Assembly (NCBI GenBank): GCA_964016885.1
Contig: OZ024745.1
Location: 72,664,001 to 72,728,000 of the forward strand
Length of the DNA: 64,000 nt
Reading direction: 5' to 3'
Source of the DNA: Eledone cirrhosa
Taxonomy: Eukaryota
The notes beneath the pieces were generated by a model. It made no database searches, had not been told where the DNA came from, and saw nothing but the letters and a program-made list of their open reading frames with translations. Positions 51,730 through 64,000 of this stretch are shown here, in pieces; positions within the stretch are counted from its first letter, which is position 1; every line of letters begins with the position of its first letter. Made by a program: the position numbers and the translations under genes.

Positions 51730-53091
51730 ACCAACAAGCAAAGGGTAAAGGTGAAAAGCGAAATCACCTTCCGAAGGAGAACCAAGCGCAGAGGGACCAG
51801 TGGACAACTGTTCAAATTGTTATTTGCATCAAATAACGGCTCTCATGGATTGGGGAAAATGCTAGATTCGTATGAGCAAACTGATAGTTATAAGGTTGGT
51901 AATTTAAAACTCTAATTCACCATTCCAGATGCCTTCAACATCCCAGCAACTATCTCCGAAGGCCCAGCTGCTTTGCCTGTCTTCATATCTTTGATTGCCT
52001 TACTTATTATACTACCTTTAACTTGCACCGCTGGTCCTTCTATTTGATCGATTTGGGGCAGACTATCTTTTTCCCACTTATTCTCCTCATTTAATAGTCT
52101 CTCGTAGTGACACATCCAGGCTATCTTCTTATCAGCATCAGTGATGGCAAGTACACCGTTATCATTACGGACACACCTCTCCCCGACAATATCAAGGTTT
52201 TCCTTGACACATTGTCTAGCAATCCTGAACACCTCGCGTTGTAGAACATGCTTGAACTTTCTATCCTCTACTTCCCTTTTTGCAAGGTACACTTGTCTCC
52301 TAGCTTTTCTCGTGGCCACTTGATAGTGCTCTCTACTTCCCCCATCCTGCCATACTTTCCAAGCCTGCTTTTTGGCCTTGATTGTCTCTTCTACCTTACT
52401 GTTCCACCACCAAGTTACTCTCCTCCTGCCAATAGGTCTGCTCCAGCCACAGATTTCATCCGTTGCTTTCAGCAGGTTCACTTTCAAGAATTGCCACTGT
52501 TCCTCTATATCGCACGTCTCTAATTGCCCTTCCTTATTGTCAAAGGCATCAAGTAATAAGCTTTTAAATTTGTCACTGGCTATGGGGTCCTTCAACTTCC
52601 ATATTCTTCTCCTCTGTCGCCGAGTACGTCTATTTCTGACTGTGAGGTCACTAACTACTAGGCTATGTTGGGAGGTGCATTCTTCACGGGGGAGGGATTT
52701 AGTGTTTACAACAGACATTTTCTCCCGTCTTCTAGTAAGGATATAATCTATCTGGCTGGCGTATTCCCCTGTTGTATAGGTGATCAGGTGGTTTCACGTT
52801 TGTTGAAGTTTGTGTTACAGATAGTTAGGTTATTGGCATCACAGAATTCCAGGATTCTGAAGCCTTCCTCATTTCTATTTCCAACCCCATAGCCTCCATG
52901 GATTCCATCATAGCCATCACTATGTTGTCTAACGTGGCCGTTTAGATCGCCAGCAATAATTAGGTAGTCGCTGTTGGTTATTTGGGAGGTAGTGTGCATT
53001 AGCGTCTCATAGAACCTGTCCTTTATAACGTCAAGTAGACCAGATTGGGGTGCGTAAGCGGATATTATTGTCACAGTAGTTTTATTTAGAA

Positions 53092-54049
53092 CTAGCAGTA
53101 AAGCCCGGCGTTGCTCGGGGTCGCTCAGTAGCTGTGTTAAAGTTACAATGTTAAGTTTCTTTCTTGGCTTAAAAACTGTAGTGTCTACTGTGCAGACTTG
53201 CATGTGGTGTTTTTGATTAATATTCCCTCAACCAACAATATGCCTTATGAAGTTAAGAAAACATAACGATAACCCGAATGTTATAACAAAAGAGGATGCT
53301 GGGGATAGAAACTGCACTGGTTATTTATTAACAAAGATCGAAAATGTAAACACTGCAACGCAGAGAAAAACATTAGCGTAACCAAATTATCAGTTATGTC
53401 TGTCTGCACGCCTATATCACCTCTCTGCACGACTGTCTGTCTGCACGCCTATATCACCTCTCTGCACGACTGTCTGTCTGCACGCCTATATCACCTCTCT
53501 GCACGACTGTCTGTCTGCACGCCTATATCACCTCTCTGCACGACTATCTGTCTGCACGCGTATATCACCTCTCTGCACGACTGTCTGTCTGCACGACTGT
53601 CTGTCTGCACGCCTAACGACGAAATATTTGCTTGTTTTACGTAGTCTTTAAATAGACTTGTTTTCAAGTAAAAATATTGTTTTAAAATGCTTTTAAATGG
53701 AAATGAAGCAAAACGGAAGCTTAGTGTTCGAACTGATGAATTTTGCAGGTCAATATTTTGCTGTCATTTTAAACGCTGAGAAAGCCAGCGTAATTTTTTA
53801 CGTAAGACGCTGAATGTAAACAGAACAAAGGGAAATAACTGATCACTTACGCTCAAAAATCGATACATTATATTCGATTTCGTCACATAGGGTGGGTCAA
53901 TTTGAAATTTTTTTTTTCCGATGTCTTCGCTAGGGCTCAATGCACAAGTATAGCAATTTCGGTGCAATTCCGTGAGAGATTCTAAGAGGAGATGTGTGTC
54001 AAAAAGCGATAGACAGACAGACAACCACAGTTTTATATATATAGATAGA
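53092..54049 (-). mobile_element. Non-autonomous Helitron (958 bp)
   Basis: On the minus strand it starts TC(tatctatatat), ends with hairpin cccgagcaacgccggg plus CTAG, and sits between A and T with no TSD. Removing it restores collinearity with RTE copy 2 at 57901-57920. Confidence 0.88.
53397..53615. repeat. 37-bp minisatellite, about 5.5 units, inside the Helitron
   Basis: Unit tgtctgtctgcacgcctatatcacctctctgcacgac. Confidence 0.95.
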
Positions 54050-55159
54050 TTAGCCTTATTTTAATTATTCTGTCATTTACTCTATTTACGTCGATTACCT
54101 TATCTACCCATTTTTCAGCTAACATAATTCCTACACCACCCACTCCGTTGTCGTTTCCCACCAAGAAAAGTTTATAGCATCGTTTTTTATCCACGATGAA
54201 TCTGGCAGACCCCCCTCTCTCCACCTAGTCTCTTGAATACAACAAACATCAACTTCTTTACGTTCAAGCATCTCTACAACTTCATTAGAGCGACTTTTCA
54301 ATGTGCCTACATTCATGGTACCAACTCTGAAGTTGGGAGGGTGGGATGGATGGGTTGGAGGGGCAGGTGTAGGAGACGGAATTTTGTTGGTCATCCGTGT
54401 CTGAAATAAAGAGGGGTCCTTGTATTCTCGTCTTGCAGCGGGAGGCGAATTTATCTTTATCTGTGACATTGTCATTGAGTGCTTAGACTTTTCAAATTTC
54501 CACAGTCAACACATCAAACAGGTCTAAACTTAAGGAGTAGTAACCGAGGTGGTAGCTTTGCTACACTGATTTGTTAGAGAACTTACTAAAGCCGCTGAGT
54601 TCTGATTGGACCATATAGCAATGGTGGTGGGGGTGAGTGGGAAATGGGTAACTTTAGGAGAAGGTTAGTTTTTAGGAAGGGTCCAACAGCCAACAGATTG
54701 AGACATATTAAAAACATGTAAATATAAATGATTGAAAATCAGAGAGGAAAACGGAGAATTTGAATTTTAGACTGGCATAACTAAGAGTTTAAAACACTGC
54801 TTATTTAGAAGACTACGGATAGAAGAAAAGACAAGTATTGCTTACATTCCCAAAATCGACAACTCGCCTGTAAGATAGATAAATTCTGTCCTTGGGACTA
54901 GCAAGATTTATTTTATACTTGCGATCAGGCGTGGGGGGGGGGGGGGGCTGAGAGTAGGAGCAAGTGTTTACGAGCAGGGAGCGAGATGCAGGAAGGTTCT
55001 AGAATAATTATTCAATATATATACATACTACTGTACGTCTGTATACATATATGTATGTACGTATACATACTTATATTTAAGGAACAGCCGTACTAAGAGT
55101 GAGAAATGAAATTTCGTTTCATTTTTTTCCATTTATCGTTTTCGGTGCGCCTGGCCGTA

Positions 55160-58100
55160 CCAATGCAATCTTCTCTCCTGCACACTACAGTTTATTCCTC
55201 TTAACTCATCCATGCTTGGCCGTTCTCGCACATTGACATTGCACATCCAACGGAGCATGCTTGCTTCATTTCTCTCCAGCCTTCACATATCTTTCGCAAT
55301 TGCTGCTCATGTCTCACTACCACGCATCTCACACAGGCATCATACAACCGAACTTTCGTTCACAGGGAGAAACCCTTTGATATCAACAGAAGAAGCAGCT
55401 CCCTAAACTTCTTCCATTCTGTCCTTATTCTAGATACTATGGCCTCAGATCATCCTCCCCCCTTGCTAATTTGATCACCTAGATATCGGAAGCTATCAAC
55501 CACCTCTATAGATCCTACCTGCATTTGAAAAATGTGCCTATCACTGACACATCTACTACATATGAAGTTTTCCTTTCCTGTTAGTTTGCCTGCTATCTTA
55601 CTACACCTCTTGTGTAACTAAGATCTGCATTGTGTACATTCTATAGAGTGTATGCCAAATCCTTTTCTACATATCGAACATGGCCGTTTCCCTTATGGAA
55701 TCAGAGTTTTGGACTCTGTCCAGCTTATCAATACTTTAGTCTTTGCTAGGTTCACTCTCAGTTCCCTTGGTTCCAACTGCCAGAATTTATTCTCTGGCTC
55801 CACTACTGATTCTGCTATATGTACCAGATTGTCAGCATAAAAAGTTTCCATGGGCAGCCAGTCTTAAACTCCTCTGTTATGGCTTGGAAAAATCTAATGA
55901 ATAAAAGTGGACTGAGGACCGAACCCTGATGAACTACTTGTATCTGGAATTCCTCACTAACACCATTTGTATTCTCACTTTACTGACAACTGCTTTGTAC
56001 ATAGCTTGCACTGTCCTCACAAGCTATTCCTCTACACCTAGTTTTAGGGACCACCAGATGACAGATCGAAGTACTCTATCAAATGCCTTATCTAGGTCAA
56101 CAAAAGCTACATCATCATCATCATCGTTTAACGTCCATCTTCCACGCTTGCATGGGTTTGGACGGGAGTTTTCCCACTTGAGGCAAGATTGGTTTTTCCG
56201 CTCGTATAGGACTGTCTGGCGGGTTTTCTACGGCTGGATGCCCTTCCTAACACAAACCACGTTTACAGTGTGGACTGGGAGGTTTTTACCGTGTTACCTA
56301 CACGACCACATTACAGCGTGGACTGTGTATGTTTTTGTCGTACCACCTACACATCTGGCGGGTTTTCTACGGCTGGATGTCATTCCTAACACCAACCACG
56401 TTTACAGTGTGGACTTCTCCTACAGCTAGGTACTTCTCCTGTAGTTGTTGTACAATGAAAAGAGCGTCTGTGGTACTTTTACCTGACACAAACCCGAACT
56501 GCATTTCATCTAGATCAATTCGTTCTCTGATTAGTTGCGCTATTACTTTTTCTGTGACCTTCATGACATAGTCGATTAATTTAATGTCTCTATAGATACC
56601 CCTATCTAGGGCATCTCCTTTACTCTTGTAGCAGTTAATGATGATGCTGCTACGCCAGTCCTTCGGAACGGCCCCATTCTGTATGACTTGGTTTACTATC
56701 CGGGTGACCGTAGTGTGTCCTACCGTTCCAGATGCTTTCAGCATTTCAGCAACTATTTCCGATGGCCCAGCCGCCTTACCCGTCTTCATATCTTTGATTG
56801 CCTTACTTATTATACTACCTTCAACTCGCACTGCTGGTCCCTCTATTGGATCGATGTGGGGGAGACTATCTTTCTCCCATTTATTCTCCTCATTTAGTAG
56901 CCTTTCGTAGTGACACTTCCAAGCTACCTTCTTATCAGCGTCAGTGATGGCAATTATACCATCATCATTAAGGACACACTTCTCCCGACAATATCATGGT
57001 TTTCCTTGACACATTGCCTAGCAATCCTGAACACCTCATGTTTTTGGTCCTCGCGTTGTAGAACATGCTTGAAATTTCTTTCCCCTGTTTCCCTTCTTGC
57101 GAAGTACACTTGTCTCCTAGCTTCCCTCCTGTCCACTTGATAGTCTTCTCTACTTCTCCCATCCCGCCATACTTTCCAAGCCTGCTTTTTGCCCTTAATT
57201 GACTCCTCCACCTTATTGCTCCACCACCACGTTACTCTCCTCCTGCCTATAGGCCCCCTCCAGCCACAGACATCATCTGCCGCCTTCAGCAGGTTAGCTT
57301 TCAGGAATTCCCACTGTTCCTCTATATTGTACGACTCTAATTGCTCTTCCTTACTGTCAAAAGCATCAAGTAATATGCTTTTAAATTTATTACTGGCTGT
57401 GGGGTCCTTTAGCTTCCATATTTTTCTCCTGACGATAGTCCTCCTCTGTTGTCGAGTACTTCTTGTCCTGACTATGAGTCTATGTTGGGAGGTGCATTCT
57501 TCATGGGGGAGGGATTTAGTGTTTAGAACAGACACTCTATCACGTCTTCTGGTAAGGATATAATCTATCTGACTGGCGTGTTCCCCTGATCTATAGGTGA
57601 TCAAGTGATTGTCTCGTTTTTTGAAGTTAGTGCTACAGATAGTTAGGATATTTGCGTCACAGAATTCCAGGATTCTGGAGCCTTCTTCATTTCTAGTACC
57701 AAACCCATAGCCTCCATGGATTCCGTCATAGCCGTCACAATGTTGTCCAACGCGACCATTTAGGTCGCCAGCAATAATTATGTAGTCATTGTCAGTTATT
57801 TGGGAGGTAGTGAGCATCAATGTCTCATAGAATCTGTCTTTTATAGCGCCAGGCAGTCGGATTGGGGTGTATATGCAGATATTACTGTCACAGTAGTTCT
57901 ATTTAGGACAAGTCTTATTTTAATTATTGTCGTTCACTCTATTTATGTCTATTATCTTATCTACCCATTTTTTTGCTAACATGATTCCTGCCCCACCCAG
58001 CCCATTGCCCCCCCCCCGAAAAGCTTATAGAATCGTTTTTTACCCACAATGAATCTAGCAGACCCACCCTCCAACTGGTCTCTTGGATACAGCAAACATC

Positions 58101-58400
58101 AACCTCCTTACTTTAAAGCATTTCTACAAGAGCGACCTTTTAAGGTGCCTACATTTATGGTACCAACTCTGAAGTTTTGGATTGTGTTTGGTGGGTGGGA
58201 ACGGTGGGGCACGGGGAGGGGTGAGGGGGATGGGGTTGGGGTTATGTTGGTCATCCGCGGCCGAAACAAAGAGGTCGAGTCCTTCCCTTTTCGTCCGGCA
58301 GCATGAGGTGAATTTGTCTTTATCTTTGGCATTGTCACTGAGTGTCCAGATTTTTCAGACTCTCCAGAATTCCTTAGTCCGTCCATCATATCGAAAAGCA
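55160..58400 (-). mobile_element. RTE-clade LINE copy 2 (APE + RT), degenerate
   Basis: VGTINVGTLKGRS, IIAGDLNG, SQIDYIL, KAAGPS, YRDIKL, QFGFVSGKSTTDA, AFVDLDKAFDRV, HQGSVLSPLLF, YADNL; many frameshifts. Confidence 0.9.
56110..56414 (-). mobile_element. Short retroposon 3' end (RTE-tail/SINE type) nested in RTE copy 2
   Basis: Interrupts RT between EKYLAVGE and AFVDLDKAFD. Has a (CAT)n tail on +, cggctggatgcccttcctaac, and an internal direct duplication. Confidence 0.7.
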
Positions 58401-58859
58401 ACCAGAAGTGATAGCATAGGCCGCTGACTTATGATTGGTCCTAATAATAATGGTGGAGAGTGGGGCCAGGTCGGAGGGGTATGGGGTAGTTAGCAAGAGG
58501 GTTTAAATAAAATCTTCGAATTTTGGGCATAATTGGACAAGCATATAACAGTAATAATAAGCGAATAATGGGATTTTAAAATACACGATTATTTAGAATT
58601 ATAGAATAGCATTGAGAGAGAGCAAAAGATTGGATTCTGGGCGATGATACGGATATATTAATGAATGGACCGTGAGGCTGGAGAGACAAGAAAAAAATGG
58701 CATTTTACATTACATTTCGCAGGGGGGGGGGAGCAGGTCTGACCATTAATAAGCGTTGACAAATTCTGAGATTCATACCTCGCAACAGGTTTATTTACAT
58801 TTGGTGAGAGAAGGGAGTGACTTATTCTTCTCTAAGAACCTCACTTGTAGTTATCTCAC

Positions 58860-59430
58860 TAAGGAGAGGGCATCTATTGTACTTTTCCCAGGCACAAAAC
58901 CAAACTACATCTCATCTAATTTGACTCTTTCTCTAATTAGTTGTGCTAGCACTCTTTCTGTTACTTTCATAACCTGATTCATCAGTTTTATGCCCCTATA
59001 AGTGCTCCTTTCCAGAGCATCCCCTTTAGCTTTGTAACAATTTACAAGTATACTGCTGCACCAGTCTTTGTGGTATGACTTCGCCATATATAACTTGATT
59101 GACAATGTGTGAACTAGTTTAGTTCCTACTTCTGATGCCTTTAACATCTCAGCGACTATCCCTGATGGTCCAGTGGCCTTAACACTTTTCATTTCTTTAA
59201 TTGCTTCTTTGACTCTATAGTCACCGACCTCAATAACAAACTCCCACTGTTGGGTCTGCTGGGGGTAGTGTCTCTCTCTCCCATTCATTCTCAACATTCA
59301 TCAGTCTCTCATAGTGACATTTCCAGGCCTCCTTTTTCTGAACATCAGTGACGCTAAGTGTACTGGCATCATTTCAGACACACTTATCTCCAACAACATC
59401 CTGATTTACACTGACACATTGCCTTGCAAT
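58860..59430 (-). mobile_element. RTE-clade LINE fragment 3 (RT N-terminal part)
   Basis: KATGPSGIVAEMLKAS, YKAKGDALERSTYRGIKLMNQVMKV..RVKLDEM. Confidence 0.8.
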
Positions 59431-59432
59431 AG

Positions 59433-59665
59433 TTGGCAATGATTACATAATCATTGCTGGTGACATTGATGGGCTATGATGGCTATGATGGGATCCATGG
59501 AGGTTATGGATTTGGTACTAGAAACAAGGAAGGTTTCAGTATCCTGGAATTCTGTGATGCCAATGACTTAACTATCTGTAACAGAAACTTCAAATAATGA
59601 GACAATCACTTGATTACCTATAGCCAGATAGATTACACCAGCCAGATAGATTTTATCCTTACCAA
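59433..59665 (+). mobile_element. RTE endonuclease fragment in opposite orientation
   Basis: YIIIAGD, GIHGGYGFGTRNKEGFSILEFCDANDLTICN, SQIDFIL. Confidence 0.8.
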
Positions 59666-59788
59666 TCATTGGTGCAGTTATGCAATCATTGTGATATACC
59701 AGTGGTCATGCACGTCCATCTACTGGATGGACGTGCATGACAACTGGCATATTGTATCACAATGATTGCATAACTGCACCAATGATTG
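59663..59788. repeat. Inverted repeat, about 60-bp arms
   Basis: caatcattggtgcagttatgcaatcattgtgata...gtcatgcacgtccatc / gatggacgtgcatgac...tatcacaatgattgcataactgcaccaatgattg. Confidence 0.85.
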
Positions 59789-59888
59789 CGTAATCATCTG
59801 AATAACCATGTAACAGAAATATATATAATGCAATAAACAATTATGGTGATTTAATCACATCTTAACTACCATTATTTGATAAATGAAT

Positions 59889-60001
59889 TTGATAAGGATG
59901 AAAGGTTAACTTTGCTTTTCAATCTTACGGGGTCGATAAAATAAAGTACCAGTAATGCACTGGGATAATTGCTGGCCTTGTGCCAAAAGTAGAAACAATT
60001 A
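59889..60001 (+). mobile_element. 5'-truncated SINE family A with 18-bp TSD and short 5' inversion
   Basis: attatttgataaatgaat at 59871-59888 and 59998-60015; antisense taaggatgaaagg at the 5' junction. Confidence 0.85.
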
Positions 60002-60322
60002 TTTGATAAATGAATACTCTGTCACTCTGTATCACCTACCTGGGATAAACTACTGACGTGTAGTGCTTTGGATTGCTAGGACCTGCTTATCAGGAAGTTA
60101 CTAGGTAACTACTAAGATAAACAACACTCTTGTATATATATATATATATATATATATACAATATATAGAGAAACACACAGATACATGCGGACACATACAT
60201 ATACATGAATATATTCACATCTATCCTGAGTTAATGGTGCCAACCTTAACCGGTGTTGCTCTATGAATAACTGGGACAAACCAATCCGAATGGATGAGAC
60301 TGAACCAGTATCAGAGCTATAA

Positions 60323-60659
60323 AGTACATTATGAAGAGAGAAGAAACATTAGATATAATTAGTAATAAGATGTATCATACCTAAGAGGCTTGGCTCTGTT
60401 TCTTGACCGCTGTATCACGTGATTGACTCCCCCTCCGCCTTTAGGGATTCTATCTTGCATCTTACAGACGTGTTTTGAAACCCTTAATGAGGTATCCTCT
60501 TGATAAGTCAGCAGACCTCACAAAAATTCTATATCTCTGTGATGTATTGTTTTTGATTATGCCACGAAACTACGTAGTCGAGGAATTTAGAAGCAGTTTA
60601 GGTATGATACATCTTATTACTAATTATATCTAATGTTTCTTCTCTCTTCATAATGTACT
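60323..60659. mobile_element. Fold-back element with 62-bp perfect inverted ends enclosing a hammerhead
   Basis: 60323-60384 vs 60598-60659, followed by tatatata. Confidence 0.85.
60495..60584 (+). ncRNA. Type I hammerhead ribozyme, U3-A8 core
   Basis: tcctc-TTGATAA-gtcagca...tgccac-GAAA-ctacgtag (palindrome)-TC-gagga. Predicted GUC cleavage after C60579. Confidence 0.85.
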
Positions 60660-60949
60660 ATATATATAAACTTAAAGTGTGACGCCAAGAAAAGTGACCA
60701 AATTACAAATAGGTTGAAGACTAACCTATTTGTACTTATCGTTGTTGTGGTAGTGGTATAAGTATGGCCACTGCTTTTGATTGTTCTTCTTGGTGCCACA
60801 CTTTCTTAACTTTGTGTTTACTCTGGACGATAATGTATTCACTTCTTGCTTCATTTATTGCTCTGTGACTGCCTCGAACAATTTGATAAGTATCTGCTAT
60901 ATTGTGGCTACAACTTCAATTCGTACCCAATATTATATATATATATATT

Positions 60950-61515
60950 TAAGATTTAGCTTCAACATAATTGTAAACATATATGTATGTGAATCTCATA
61001 TGTCTGGTATATATATTAAATAAACATTTTGAAAGCCCAGCTATGAATATTGAATGGCTGATGGCCAGGGCTGTCAGGCAGGTTCCAGCAGAAGCAGCGA
61101 GGGATAACTGCCTATACGTATTTCAAGCTGATGGCTCTTATTGGGACAGTGCCTCCCTGCTGTTTTCTGCTGGAACTTGAGAACAGGCAAGAATATATAG
61201 TATTTTCACCTGTGTAGGTGGGCCGATTAGCCTCATTTGCATATGAAGCTGTAAAGTTGGCTCAACTTAAAAGTAAAATTAAAATTTAGCTTCAAAATAG
61301 CTATACATATATATATATATGCATGTGAATTTCATATATCTAAAGATATACGGTATGTTTAATAAATATACATTTTGAAAGCCTAGCTATATGAGTATTG
61401 AAATGCTGATGGCCAGCGCCGTCTCGTGGATTCCAGCCAAAGCAGTGAGGGATAACCACCTTATTTTCTATTTTCAGTTTATCTGGATATGTCCACTAAA
61501 GTTGAGAAACCAACA
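60950..61515. repeat. Diverged tandem duplication (about 60950-61190 vs 61280-61515)
   Basis: Shared atttagcttcaa, cattttgaaagcc, gctgatggccag, ttccagc..aagcag.gagggataac and ttgagaa. Confidence 0.75.
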
Positions 61516-61599
61516 TCATGTCTTATATGATAGCAGTGTCTCAACAAATTTCTCAATCTCCATATCACCCTACAAAAAAGGGTCATTATGAGCATTATG

Positions 61600-61910
61600 T
61601 TGGTGTCATCTGGAAAGATGTGACAGTTTTAGAATATAAAAAATACCTTTCGCCCTGTGGAATCTTTCTAATTGATTCCATGCTTCTGTTCTAATTGATG
61701 CCATGCTTCCAGTGCAATATTTAAAGTACATCCACAAACTGAACACTTCATGATCATCTAACTTTACCTTGAAAAACACACACTGGAATAAACATGCCAA
61801 CCTCACTTTATTCACTTGAAGAGGTATTTCTGTATTATAAAAGATCCTTTAATTGTAGAAGTTGACATATTGGAACCAAATCCTCAGTATGATCATGTTT
61901 TCTAAATGGT
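61600..61910 (-). mobile_element. Highly degenerate RTE-like fragment (post-RT region)
   Basis: Remnants including GSNMST, NKVRLA and EAWNQLERFHR..YILKLS. Confidence 0.4.
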
Positions 61911-62940
61911 CAAGGAGATAGCATAGCTATTAGAGACTTAGCATCATTAAGAAACACCTCAGTTAAATCTGAGGTAGGATATGCTAAGATTGCTCCAAAA
62001 TAAAACATCAGTATTCCAGGAAATTGATTTAACTTCTAATCAACATCACAAACTAACAAAATATCTGTGGACTGTGCTGTGCCATTATACTTGTGTTAAA
62101 AGACCTATTAAAAGACATGGCTGGTTACACTTATATGTTAAACTAAAAAAACATAATAGACTGCCAAGAATAGAGTTGGAATCAAATTAAGTTTTGAAAG
62201 TATTAGTTTTTACAGCATTGGCAATCTGAGAATAGTAGAAGATAAAGAAAAATAAATAAATTTAGTGGTGAAGCACTTAGTAATGGGCAGAATACTTTGC
62301 TGCAGTTGAAAAAAGAAGAGGAATTCTGAGCTGAGTATTAAATAAAAGATTCTTTGGCTTTGTTTTCTCGTATAAATATTTAATTATTCCACATTATCAT
62401 GGGAAAATAGATTTTAAAATGTTTATAAGTATTTGACTTACCAAAGGATTTTGTTCGAACAAGGTAGCTGGCTGGTTTCCCTTTTGTCATGGAATATGCT
62501 AAAATCTAAAAAGATTTTTTAAATAATGTAATTTTCAATATTAATTTTCATTTTAGGATATCTTAAATCATCTGCTTTTGTTTTATTTTGTTTATTGTAT
62601 CATTAATTTTCTCTTATTTCTAATGTGAAATTATATTTACTATTTGCTATAGACTGCCATATCCAATTCCCTCTAAGCTAAGAAATCTGAAATACCAAGG
62701 ACAAAACAATTATGTCAAGGTGTTATCTTCAATTTGAGATTTTTTAGTCTTCACAGCTAATCACTCAGCACCTATATTTCATTTTACTTTTAATGTCTTT
62801 TTCATCCAGGTACAAAATTTGTTTTGAAAATATTCTTATACATTGCTGGTTCTATAATACATTTGGAATATGTAAAATGTTTAATTTCACTGTGAAGTAC
62901 TTTGGGAGCTATAACCTACGGTTAAAAAAGAAAACACATA

Positions 62941-64000
62941 CAGGATGTACCAGGTAAATTGGGACAAATTTCAACTTGATATATTTCTAATTGTATAGAT
63001 TTTGTTGAAGTCTAAATTTTAAATATTACCAGCTTGATAATCACTGATGCTATTTTTTTATTTTAGGTTGAATAAATTATGAATGTTAATAAAGAATTAA
63101 ACCATAGAAGTATAATTGCCGAACTATTCTGCACTGACAACAGTACTGGAGAGATTGTTAGAGTCACAAAGTATGCCAAATCTACTGTTTATAGAGTTGT
63201 AACCAATTTGAAGAAAAGTCAGGATTTTCAGAGAAAGCCTCAAGTCCTTGCAATGATCCAAAACATACACCTCGCCTCTTTACAAGACTTAAAAGATCAA
63301 TTGAGTTGAACCAGTCAAAATCGATGGCAAAGTGGGCTCAAGATCGAGGAATCAGTAAAATGACCCTTTCTAAGGGCTGTGAGACAAACCTTCATATGAA
63401 ATATTACATGAGGAAACACTGCAACATCCTAACTACCCGCTCCAAAGCCATTTGAGCTGAAAGATGTCCCAAACTTCTTAATTATCAGAAATGTCATGGT
63501 GGAGATGCATCTTTGTGGATGGAATAAAGTTCATGGTAGATGAAGTTGCAAATTGTCAAAACTCACAAGTGTTAGCATACAACACTTTTCAAGTTCCTAC
63601 AGCTATGCATAGCAAGAATTCAGCTTCCATTATGATCTTTGGAGCTGTTACAAGTGATGGGAAATTGACACCTTATTTTATTGAAGCAGGTCTTAAAATC
63701 AACCAGCAGAGAAACTCAAAATTTTAAAAGTTTTGTTGCTTTGGAATAGAAAGCATTATGATGCATGTCAAGTCATGTTTGTACAGGACCCCATGCCCAC
63801 CTATTCTTCAAAAGGTGTGCAAGAGTTTTTGAAGAAGGAATTGCTCATGTTTGTCCCTAAAGATATCTGACCCTCTAGCTCACCAGATTTGAATCAGTGT
63901 GATTTTTGGCTATGGGGCGTAGTTGAAGTAATATCCAAGGCAACTTCTCACAACTGTGTGTCTTCACTGAAGGCTTCGATCAAGCGAGCATTCAGTAAAA
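62941..64000 (+). mobile_element. Tc1/mariner superfamily DD37D (maT) transposon, running off the window edge
   Basis: TA|caggatgtaccaggtaaattgggaca is the probable left TIR, with a transposase remnant downstream. Confidence 0.8.
63079..64000 (+). pseudogene. DD37D transposase pseudogene
   Basis: HTH (EIVRVTKYAKSTVYRVV), IFVDGIKF, SIMIFGAVTSDGK, FVQD-37 codons-D (SSSPDLNQCDFWLWG); stops and frameshifts present. Confidence 0.85.

Larger units (their letters stand above)
51912..54480 (-). mobile_element. RTE-clade LINE copy 1 (APE endonuclease to start of RT), split by a Helitron
   Basis: VGTMNVGTLKSRS..DVCCIQETRW, ISAYAPQSG, IIAGDLNGHV, GYGVGNRNEEG, KAAGPS; frameshifted and 3'-truncated. Confidence 0.88.

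Noticed and set aside
51385-51915. ORFs spanning the N run
   Set aside because: Artefacts of the gap and (TA)n.
53397-53615. 37-bp repeats as a CRISPR array
   Set aside because: Head-to-tail tandem units with no unique spacers, no cas genes, eukaryotic context.

Overview
AT-rich, repeat-saturated eukaryotic genomic DNA. The tRNA-derived SINE families and the microsatellite load suggest an octopod cephalopod (inference). There is a 200-N assembly gap at 51530-51729, and no host protein-coding gene could be supported; nearly all long ORFs in the track are microsatellite artefacts or retroelement debris. Recognisable elements are: a near-full-length but disrupted Penelope-like element (PLE; RT + GIY-YIG, 287-bp inverted terminal repeats, 41931-45090); a second PLE GIY-YIG remnant; a Dong/R4-type 3' end inside (AAT)n; several RTE-clade LINE copies; a non-autonomous Helitron nested in an RTE; a DD37D (maT) transposase pseudogene; DNA-transposon ends; many SINEs; and large compound satellites. 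The main observation is about a dozen loci carrying type I hammerhead ribozyme (HHR) folds. Most lie in short non-coding, often palindromic (fold-back) elements that abut (TA)n microsatellites and look PLE-derived. Many carry a non-canonical core: a compensated U3-A8 pair (UUGANAA) or a U4C change (CCGAAGA). All folds were read by eye and none was tested computationally. Boundaries of degenerate repeats are approximate.
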